NCBI GenBank assembly: GCA_945900735.1
Contig: CAMDJX010000002.1
Span: forward strand, 964 to 64,963
DNA: 64,000 bases
Origin: Acidimicrobium ferrooxidans DSM 10331
GTDB taxonomy: Bacteria; Actinomycetota; Acidimicrobiia; Acidimicrobiales; Ilumatobacteraceae
Direction of reading: 5' to 3'
Shown here: positions 9,980-17,506 of the stretch, piece after piece
Position numbering within the stretch: the stretch's first letter is position 1
Layout of the letters: each line of letters opens with the position of its first letter
The notes under the pieces: model-generated
What the model saw: only the letters and a program-made list of their open reading frames with translations
The model's database searches: none
Told to the model about the DNA's origin: nothing
Program-made: the position numbers and the translations under genes

Positions 9980-11107
9980 ATGGCAACGATTACTCGCATC
10001 GAGATCACGCACCACCAGCTGCCTCTCGATCCGCCGTTTCCTGCATCGTGGGATACCCGTCCACGTACGCAGTTCCCTGCAACGATCGTGCGAGTATTTG
10101 ATGATCAAGGACGCTGCGGTGTGGGCTCCGGAGATTCGATGTATGGCTTTGCCGACTACGAGCGATATTTCATCGGTCAAGACCCGTTGGATGTTGACCG
10201 CCACGCTGCTGTTATATCCAATATCGAGTTTCATGCAGGTAGGCAGTGGCCACTCGACTTAGCCCTATGGGATCTCAAGGGAAAAATTCAGGGTGAGCCT
10301 GTGTGGAAAATGCTCGGCGGTTTCGATAACAAGATCCGCGCCTATGCATCTTCTGGTGTTCACCGCAGTATCACCGACATGGTGGACGTTGCCAAGCGTG
10401 CACGAAGCCTGGGGTTCCCCGCATTAAAGGTGCGCTTCGGCCGCCCAAAGTTGGACGACGACTTGGCAGTAGTGAAAGCCATCAGAAGCGAACTGGGCTC
10501 GAGCCTTGAGTTAATGGTGGACTGCAATCAAGGCTGGAGAATGCCGTGGGACACCGCAACGCCTTGGAACGTAGACCATGCAACATCTGTTGCAAACGTG
10601 CTGGAAGAGCATGGCGTTTACTGGATGGAAGAGCCGCTTCACCGTGGCGACTACGCGGGCATGGCCGAACTTCGCAAACGCGTTGGCATCCGCATTGCTG
10701 GTGGCGAAATGACTCGCGAGCCGTACGAGTTTCGCGAGTTGCTCGAGCGCGGTTGCTTCGATGTCTTTCAACCAGACGCCGTGTGTTCTCAGGGAATAAC
10801 CGGCCTTGCCAAACTTGCATTCGATGTGCACAAGGCCGGCAAGATTTTCACTCCGCACACCTGGGGCAACGGCATCGGCGTCATGGCCAACTTACATCTC
10901 ACTGCGGGAACTGTTGGCGCACCCTTCATCGAGTTTCCATTCGACCCACCCGAGTGGTCGACTGCTCGGCGCGACTACATTCTCACCGAGACGATTGAAG
11001 CCGATGGTGACGGATGGATTCACCTTTCGGACGAACCTGGCCTTGGCATCACTTTGAATGAAGACGTGCTGAAACAAACAGCGAGCAAACAAGCTACGTT
11101 CTCCTAA
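9980..11107 (+). CDS. Mandelate racemase/muconate lactonizing (enolase superfamily) enzyme
   Basis: DLALWDLKGK, KVR, metal ligands in VDCNQ/WMEEP/GGEM, then QPD and PHTWG (His-Asp dyad, mandelate-racemase-like subgroup). Start moved to ATG 9980, just after the upstream stop. Confidence 0.88.
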   Translation: MATITRIEITHHQLPLDPPFPASWDTRPRTQFPATIVRVFDDQGRCGVGSGDSMYGFADYERYFIGQDPLDVDRHAAVISNIEFHAGRQWPLDLALWDLKGKIQGEPVWKMLGGFDNKIRAYASSGVHRSITDMVDVAKRARSLGFPALKVRFGRPKLDDDLAVVKAIRSELGSSLELMVDCNQGWRMPWDTATPWNVDHATSVANVLEEHGVYWMEEPLHRGDYAGMAELRKRVGIRIAGGEMTREPYEFRELLERGCFDVFQPDAVCSQGITGLAKLAFDVHKAGKIFTPHTWGNGIGVMANLHLTAGTVGAPFIEFPFDPPEWSTARRDYILTETIEADGDGWIHLSDEPGLGITLNEDVLKQTASKQATFS

Positions 11108-11114
11108 GCAGTCA

Positions 11115-12854
11115 CTAAATTTTCTTCAATCGAGATGACAATTTTGTCCAACCCGATGGACACCTTGGATTCTTTGATTCAAATACTCGAATCGAATTTC
11201 GCTTCCTACAACGCACTAGGTTCATTCTTGAGGTGCTTCCCAACTTTTCGACCAAACTGCGAATCACAATCTTTGATGTGCTGTAAGTGAAACCTGTGGC
11301 TCTAAAATTGAAAACGCCGTTATCAAGATTTGAAGTTGCAACTACTGATTTTTGTGATCCATTCTCGTCATATATCGAAATCTCAACCTTTAAAACCTCA
11401 CTTTTCTTCTTTGCCCACAGACACTTTATTAGTTGCTCTGGCATCACCAATGCGTACATCCCACGATGGACAACATCAGCGGAAGCATAATGAGGCGCAA
11501 TGACATCAATATCTATTGAATTTGTCAAAGAATTCCACGACGGTAGGCCATTCTTGATTGCGAGGCCATTTGATGTAGAAAATCCGAATCCGCCACCGAC
11601 CGCACACCCATTCCAATTCACGTTCCATGGCGATTGCTGACGCAAAAAGAATTCTTCAGAGATTTGATTCGCAGTATCAAAACGGGGAATCGTTGAGACG
11701 AGAGTTCGATATAAATCAAATGCATCCGGAACGTACATATTATTCGGGTAGGCAAGTCTGTTGTGCGGCTTAAACGTTCCGCTTAAAGGTGGACATTCAC
11801 CTAATCCAAGCGATGATGGCCCACCACACCATGGCCTGCTTTCCCAGCGAGCGACCGACGCAAGAGATTGATTCAAACTATTCCATTCATCTCTTTGATT
11901 TTTATTGCTCCAATGGAATTTTGCGGAAATGCTTGGAATGCCGACTTGCGTCGCCTCAATTGTCATCACTTCGGGACGCGGTCCCGAAACGACATTGAAA
12001 GAGACGGTGGGTTCACCCAGTCCAGCACTCTTCCAAGTACCCCAACCACCCTGGAAGGACGAAGAATAAGTGTTCCGACGAATGACAATTCGAAATCGTC
12101 TAAGGATTCCATCTGACACTTTTGCCCAACACATGATGCCATCAATAGGAATACATGAATACTGATTACTGTTCACTCCTGTCCTTGGAGATCGGGCAAC
12201 TTGAGCTATCTCAATATCACCACCTGAAAAAGTAGGAATTTGATCGATTGCACGTCTCGCGAGAGGCTGGTTAGACGAACCTACTGAGCCAATACTTATA
12301 GACCCGAAGTTGTATGAAACTGGCACATCTACGAAGTATGTTTCAGTTTCTCCAGTGGGAAGCCTGAATCGAATTGCATTATCTGGAACGAACGGGCCAA
12401 GTGAAGAGATCGCTCCGTCTTGGTCGGGAATTGAGTTAATTGAACCAAAATATGTGCCAGGTATTCCCTCTCCTGACTCTAAGATCATCTCTATACTCTG
12501 AATGCAGTCAAAGCTGAGTGATTGATCGCAAATAGTAAGGGATTGGTGTACACCTATCGTCTCTGCTTCTCTACATAGGGGATCAGTAATTCCGCCAGAA
12601 CACCAACCGCTTTGAATTCCTTCTCGAGATTTAACGCCAAAAGTCATTCCAGCAGGTGAATAGAGCGAGCCTTGGGAGCTCCCCGTATTGAACTCAAACC
12701 ATCTCACAAGTTCGGTGCAATCCTGAACCGAACAATCAATCTCATTTGGCAAGTCTTCGGCTTTTACTAAATGGCTAGGAAACATTGAATCGACGGCTGA
12801 AGTGGACGCGAAAACTGAAATTGCGATCCAAAGAGAAAGTGATTTTTTTCGCAT
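11115..12854 (-). CDS. Hypothetical secreted Cys-containing protein with low GC
   Basis: About 579-aa ORF. Signal-peptide-like MRKKSLSLWIAISVFASTSA..VKA/ED and a basic C-terminal tail CRKRNSIRVFESKNPRCPSGWTK. Region is AT-richer than its flanks. Confidence 0.75.
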   Translation of the reverse strand: MRKKSLSLWIAISVFASTSAVDSMFPSHLVKAEDLPNEIDCSVQDCTELVRWFEFNTGSSQGSLYSPAGMTFGVKSREGIQSGWCSGGITDPLCREAETIGVHQSLTICDQSLSFDCIQSIEMILESGEGIPGTYFGSINSIPDQDGAISSLGPFVPDNAIRFRLPTGETETYFVDVPVSYNFGSISIGSVGSSNQPLARRAIDQIPTFSGGDIEIAQVARSPRTGVNSNQYSCIPIDGIMCWAKVSDGILRRFRIVIRRNTYSSSFQGGWGTWKSAGLGEPTVSFNVVSGPRPEVMTIEATQVGIPSISAKFHWSNKNQRDEWNSLNQSLASVARWESRPWCGGPSSLGLGECPPLSGTFKPHNRLAYPNNMYVPDAFDLYRTLVSTIPRFDTANQISEEFFLRQQSPWNVNWNGCAVGGGFGFSTSNGLAIKNGLPSWNSLTNSIDIDVIAPHYASADVVHRGMYALVMPEQLIKCLWAKKKSEVLKVEISIYDENGSQKSVVATSNLDNGVFNFRATGFTYSTSKIVIRSLVEKLGSTSRMNLVRCRKRNSIRVFESKNPRCPSGWTKLSSRLKKI

Positions 12855-12931
12855 TAGATATAAATGGTACAACTAGTACCTGGAAACTGATTCACGAGGC
12901 TTTGAAATTCTTGCGCACTTTAGAAAACAAC

Positions 12932-13786
12932 CTAAATCTTCACGCGGTAGTCGTGCGTGTAGACATTGGCCTTGCCGTCGCGCAGAAACCCAACAAGCGT
13001 GATGCCGAGCACGTCGGCAGTCTGCACCGCAAGGCTTGATGGTGCGCCGACAGCTGCGATAAATGCAATGCGAGCAATCGCTGCTTTCTGGATAATTTCA
13101 AACGATAAGCGACCGCTGCAAAACAGGCCTTGACGAGTGAGCGGAACAGTCTTTGCCATCACGCTTGCGCCAATCACCTTGTCGACGGCATTGTGCCGAC
13201 CGATGTCCTCGCGAACAACCGACACTGCCCCGTCCGAGTCGAACAGTGCAGCAGCGTGCAGGCCACCAGTTCTGTCGAATGTGGGTTGTGCTGCACGAAT
13301 TGAATCAGAAATCGACATGAGTGTCTTTGCGCTGATAGTTGGCCCGCTATCGCGATCGACAGGCTCGGTTGCCTGGAGCAATTGATCTATCGATTCGGTG
13401 CCGCAGATACCGCAACTGGCCGAAGTGACCATGGCTCGCCTGGCAAGCGCCATATCAAAACCACGGGCTAGCGCAACAGTAACGATGTTGTACTTTTGCT
13501 CCTCGCCCTCCACCAGCTCGCAATACTTCACTGTTCGAACGTCATCTGGCCGAACAACTATTCCTTCGGTGTACAGAAACCCCACGGCCAACTCGTAGTC
13601 GTTGCCTGGCGTTCGCATGGTCACTGAGATTTGAACTGGCTCTTGCCCGGGCCCTTCGGCACGGATCTCCATTGGCTCTTCAGTCACTACGTAGTCGGGC
13701 TTGGTGCCCACTCGGCCCTCGCTGTTTACGGTGACCACCTTCCAGTCGGTGGACTTGCGCCGAGCTTGGGCGTTGCCAGAAGTCAT
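12932..13786 (-). CDS. fdhD: Formate dehydrogenase accessory sulfurtransferase
   Basis: TMRTPGNDYELAVGFL, SASCGICG, TGGLHAAA, REDIGRHNAVDK and SGRLSFE motifs. Confidence 0.95.
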   Translation of the reverse strand: MTSGNAQARRKSTDWKVVTVNSEGRVGTKPDYVVTEEPMEIRAEGPGQEPVQISVTMRTPGNDYELAVGFLYTEGIVVRPDDVRTVKYCELVEGEEQKYNIVTVALARGFDMALARRAMVTSASCGICGTESIDQLLQATEPVDRDSGPTISAKTLMSISDSIRAAQPTFDRTGGLHAAALFDSDGAVSVVREDIGRHNAVDKVIGASVMAKTVPLTRQGLFCSGRLSFEIIQKAAIARIAFIAAVGAPSSLAVQTADVLGITLVGFLRDGKANVYTHDYRVKI

Positions 13787-13795
13787 TGCAACAGG

Positions 13796-14749
13796 CTAGT
13801 TGTCATCCAGAAAACCGCGCAGGTTGGCGCTGTTGTGTGGATGGCGCAAGCGTGCCAGCGTCTTTTGCTCGATCTGGCGCACGCGCTCACGAGTTACCTT
13901 CATAATTTTGGCTACGTCTTCAAGCGTGTGCGGCTGGCCAACGTACTTGCCAATACCAAACCGCATCATCACAATTTCTTGGTCGCGCTCGGGGAGGTCC
14001 TTCAGCGTTCGCTCCACTGCTTCGCCCAACTGCCTCTTCTCGGTGGATTCGATGGGGTCGTTTGTTGCATCGCTGCTGGCGATGGTGTCCCCCACTGTGA
14101 GGTCGTCGGTGTCGCTGCCAACCGGCGCATCAAGGCTGGTGGTGGTAATCGCGATCTGCATCACCTCGAGCAGCTTGTCTACGGTGAGCCCACAACGCAC
14201 TGCTACTTCTTCCGGCAGCGGGTCGCGCTCCAACTCGGAGGCCAACTCGCGCTCTACTCGATGGACTCGGTTGACAATTTCCATCATGTGTCCAGGAATG
14301 CGGATGTTGCGGCCCTGATCCGCCATCGCCCTCGACATTGCCTGGCGTATCCACCACGTTGCGTACGTAGAAAACTTAAAGCCCTTCTCAAAGTCATATT
14401 TATCGGCAGCGTGCATCAAGCCGATATTGCCTTCCTGTATCAAGTCGGCCAGTTGCAACTCCTTGCGGTCGTAACGCCGCGCTATGGACACAACCAGGCG
14501 CAGGTTGGCACGAACCATGTGCTCCTTGGCCTTTTCGCCGTCACTGATGGTTCGCTGCAGAGCTCGCCTTTCGCGAATACCAAGCGAGCCCACAGTCTCA
14601 TCAAGCTGCTTCTTGGCCTCAAGGCCATCTTTGATTTGCTTACCGAGTCGCTTTTCGTCATCGGCATTCAATAGGTCTACTTGACCTATTTCGTTGAGAT
14701 ACATGCGAACGGCATCTGGCCCCGAGTCGCTGGCAAAGGTGCTTCTCAT
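13796..14749 (-). CDS. Sigma-70 factor, RpoD/SigB-like (regions 1.2-4, no region 1.1)
   Basis: DAVRMYLNEIG, ANLRLVVSIA, DLIQEGNIGL, GFKFSTYATWWIRQA and TRERVRQIE motifs. Confidence 0.93.
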   Translation of the reverse strand: MRSTFASDSGPDAVRMYLNEIGQVDLLNADDEKRLGKQIKDGLEAKKQLDETVGSLGIRERRALQRTISDGEKAKEHMVRANLRLVVSIARRYDRKELQLADLIQEGNIGLMHAADKYDFEKGFKFSTYATWWIRQAMSRAMADQGRNIRIPGHMMEIVNRVHRVERELASELERDPLPEEVAVRCGLTVDKLLEVMQIAITTTSLDAPVGSDTDDLTVGDTIASSDATNDPIESTEKRQLGEAVERTLKDLPERDQEIVMMRFGIGKYVGQPHTLEDVAKIMKVTRERVRQIEQKTLARLRHPHNSANLRGFLDDN

Positions 14750-16491
14750 ACGTGATCCTGGAGACGAAGGTTAAGCCAGTCGAGCAATTGCGAGGCTGCC
14801 TCGTCTGCCGTAGTGGGGTTATCCAACCGTTCGAGCAGTAAGCGTGCATCTCGGTCGAGGCGGATTTGTTCTGGATCAGAAATTTTCACGCGGGCAGTGA
14901 GCTCGCGCCGCACTGCTGCCGATATGAGATTGAGCGCCTCCAACATCGGCTCAGAATCGACATCTGCCACTGCCGCGCGCTCTATTGCTTCGCGTGCCTC
15001 GGGGTCGGCCGACTCAAGAGCGGTGTTCACTACACCCTGTGTTTCGGCGAGAGCCAGGAATGCACGACGGTAGACGTCGTCTTGGAACAACGCCTCGACC
15101 ATCCATGGAGCAATATCGTCCCACTGTTGGATCAAAAGGGCAATAGCGACAAACTCGGCATTCTCTCGGCGCGACGATCGAGAGGGTGCTGCCACCGCTA
15201 CAACGGGTTTGCGGGAGCCACGCTCGGCAAGCGTCATCAAATCTGCGGCGGGAATGCCAACGTGGCTTGCCACTTCACCCGCGTACAACTTGCGAACGTT
15301 TTTATCCGGGTGCTCGTTGATGACCGACATTGCTTGCTCTGCCGTGCGCGAGCGGGCTTCTGGCGAGCTAATTGAACCCATAGAGAACACGCGTTGCAGA
15401 CGAAACCCCAAAAATGGCTTTGCATCTTTGATTGCTGCTGCCAGCCCCTCCGGGTCGGACGATGCAAGATCGCCCGGGTCTTTGCCATCTGGAAACTTCG
15501 CAACACTGACTTGCACCTTGTAACGGCTTTCCCACTCGTAGAAACGCTCGGCGGCGCCCTGCCCTGCTTTGTCTGCATCGAAAGCAAGAACAACTTTGTT
15601 GGCAAACCGCTTCAGCAATCGCACGTGCTCTTCGGTAAGTGCGGTGCCGCAAGTTGCAACCGCGCGCGTAATGCCCGAGCGATGAAAACCGATGACGTCG
15701 GTGTAGCCCTCACAAACGATCACTTCATCGGCCTTTACAACGTCGGCCTTCGCCCAATTGAGCCCGTACAAAGTTTTCGACTTCGCATAAATAGTTGTCT
15801 CGGAAGAGTTCTTATATTTTGCTGGGTCCGTGCTTCCCGGCAAGATTCGACCGCCGAATGCAACGGCCTCACCGCCGTCGGTAAAAATTGGGAACAGCAC
15901 ACGAGCGCGAAACGAGTCTTGTGGTTTACCCCGCTTGTTGACGAAGGCTAATCCGACCTCTGTAAGCAAGTCGATTGAAACTCCAATTTCTCGACTCATT
16001 GCATCCCAATCGTCTGGCGCCCATCCAATTTTGAATTGACGTGCGACGTCACCCGACAAGCCTCTTGCACGAAGGTAGTCGCGGGCCTCTCTTGCATCGG
16101 GGCCTTGCAGCAAACGATCGTGATACCAATTGACTGCGCTATCCATTACTTCAACCAACTGTTTTCGGCGCTGGCGATCCTTGCTTTGGCCACCCGTTGT
16201 GTATGTCAACTGGATACCGGCTTTACCCGCAAGCTGTTCTACAGCACCAACAAAATCCAGGTGCTCGATCTCTTGAACAAATTTGAATACGTCGCCAGCC
16301 GCGCCACAACCGAAACAGCGGTAGCGCTTCGTTTCCTCGCGCACGTTGAACGAACCAGATTTCTCTGCATGAAACGGGCAAAGCCCTACCCAGTTGCGAC
16401 CGACTCGTCTCAGTGGCATGTAACCCTGCACCACATCCACCAGCGATACGGTGTCGCGGACCCGCTCTATGTCGTCGTCAGCAATTGCCAC
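14746..16491 (-). CDS. dnaG: DNA primase
   Basis: CPFH..CFGC zinc finger, PAKYKNS, CEGYTDV and FDADKAG Toprim motifs. Start set at GTG 16491, clear of terC. Confidence 0.96.
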   Translation of the reverse strand: MAIADDDIERVRDTVSLVDVVQGYMPLRRVGRNWVGLCPFHAEKSGSFNVREETKRYRCFGCGAAGDVFKFVQEIEHLDFVGAVEQLAGKAGIQLTYTTGGQSKDRQRRKQLVEVMDSAVNWYHDRLLQGPDAREARDYLRARGLSGDVARQFKIGWAPDDWDAMSREIGVSIDLLTEVGLAFVNKRGKPQDSFRARVLFPIFTDGGEAVAFGGRILPGSTDPAKYKNSSETTIYAKSKTLYGLNWAKADVVKADEVIVCEGYTDVIGFHRSGITRAVATCGTALTEEHVRLLKRFANKVVLAFDADKAGQGAAERFYEWESRYKVQVSVAKFPDGKDPGDLASSDPEGLAAAIKDAKPFLGFRLQRVFSMGSISSPEARSRTAEQAMSVINEHPDKNVRKLYAGEVASHVGIPAADLMTLAERGSRKPVVAVAAPSRSSRRENAEFVAIALLIQQWDDIAPWMVEALFQDDVYRRAFLALAETQGVVNTALESADPEAREAIERAAVADVDSEPMLEALNLISAAVRRELTARVKISDPEQIRLDRDARLLLERLDNPTTADEAASQLLDWLNLRLQDHV

Positions 16492-16501
16492 GCCCCGAAG
16501 G

Positions 16502-17467
16502 CTAGTGCTTGCGATCCTTGCGGATAGAAGCCACAATGGCCACCGTCATAGTCAGCGTGATGAAACCGAGCGACCACACTGTGGGCACGTGGTACCAGTG
16601 AGCGATCGTCATCTTGATGCCCACATAGATGAGGAGCACCGAAATGGCGGGCTTCAGGTAGACGAACCTGTCCTTGATGTCGGCAAACAGGAAGTACAAC
16701 GCGCGAAGGCCCATGATCGCAAACGCGTTGGCGGCGAAAACAATGAATTGCTCGTTGCTCACGGCGAGCACTGCTGGCACCGAGTCGATTGCAAAGACGA
16801 GGTCGGATATCTCGATGACCACCAACACGGCCAATAGCGGCGTGGCGAGACGCTTGCCGTTCTTTTTCGTGAACAGCTTCTGGCCGTCGAGTTCGTCGGT
16901 AGTCGGTACAAACCGATGGAATAACCGCATCGTGCGAGTGTCGGAAGGGTTGGCATCATCTTCACCGCCATGGCGAAATACGCCAACGCCCGTGTAGATC
17001 AGGAACAAACCAAAACCAATCAACACATAGTCGAATCGTTCGATAATGGCGACACCCAACACGATGAATATGAAGCGCATAATCAACGCGCCGAAAATAC
17101 CCCAGAACAACGTGCGGTGCTGATACTGGCGCGGCACTTTGAAGTGGGTGAAGATCATTGCCCAAACGAAGACGTTGTCGACGCTGAGACTCTTTTCAAT
17201 GAGATAGCCGCTGATGTATTCGACTGCAGCTGCGCGCTCAAACATCCACCAAATAACAAAAGTAAAACCGACACCGATGCCAACCCATACGGCCGATTCG
17301 ATGGCTGCTTCTTTTACGTGCGCAACGTGCGGTCGACGATGGACAACCAAGATATCGAACAACAACAGTGCGCCGATAACTCCAAGCAACATGTACCATC
17401 CCCACGGGGGAACGGTGATATCTACGAAATTATCTCTTCCACTACCTGCTGCTACAAGATTGAACAT
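16502..17467 (-). CDS. TerC/Alx family membrane protein
   Basis: GYLIEKSLSVDNVFV, DLVFAIDSVPA and NAFAIMGLRALYF motifs; multiple TM segments. Confidence 0.93.
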   Translation of the reverse strand: MFNLVAAGSGRDNFVDITVPPWGWYMLLGVIGALLLFDILVVHRRPHVAHVKEAAIESAVWVGIGVGFTFVIWWMFERAAAVEYISGYLIEKSLSVDNVFVWAMIFTHFKVPRQYQHRTLFWGIFGALIMRFIFIVLGVAIIERFDYVLIGFGLFLIYTGVGVFRHGGEDDANPSDTRTMRLFHRFVPTTDELDGQKLFTKKNGKRLATPLLAVLVVIEISDLVFAIDSVPAVLAVSNEQFIVFAANAFAIMGLRALYFLFADIKDRFVYLKPAISVLLIYVGIKMTIAHWYHVPTVWSLGFITLTMTVAIVASIRKDRKH

Positions 17468-17506
17468 GTTGAAATTGCCAAGACCTTTCGGGTGTTGAAC
17501 CGACTC

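Noticed and set aside
11115..12941. CTAAAT..CTTC at both ends of the low-GC gene as a target-site duplication
   Set aside because: Too short and imperfect; explained by both genes ending in K-I-stop.
12932..13786. fdhD as part of the betaine C1 pathway
   Set aside because: Opposite strand, separated by the low-GC gene, and no formate dehydrogenase in the window; a link is possible but unsupported.
13631..14674. 347-aa ORF antisense to the sigma factor (likewise 8341-9330, 60139-61083 and other long overlapping ORFs)
   Set aside because: Shadow or alternative frames of well-supported GC-rich genes, with no recognisable motifs.
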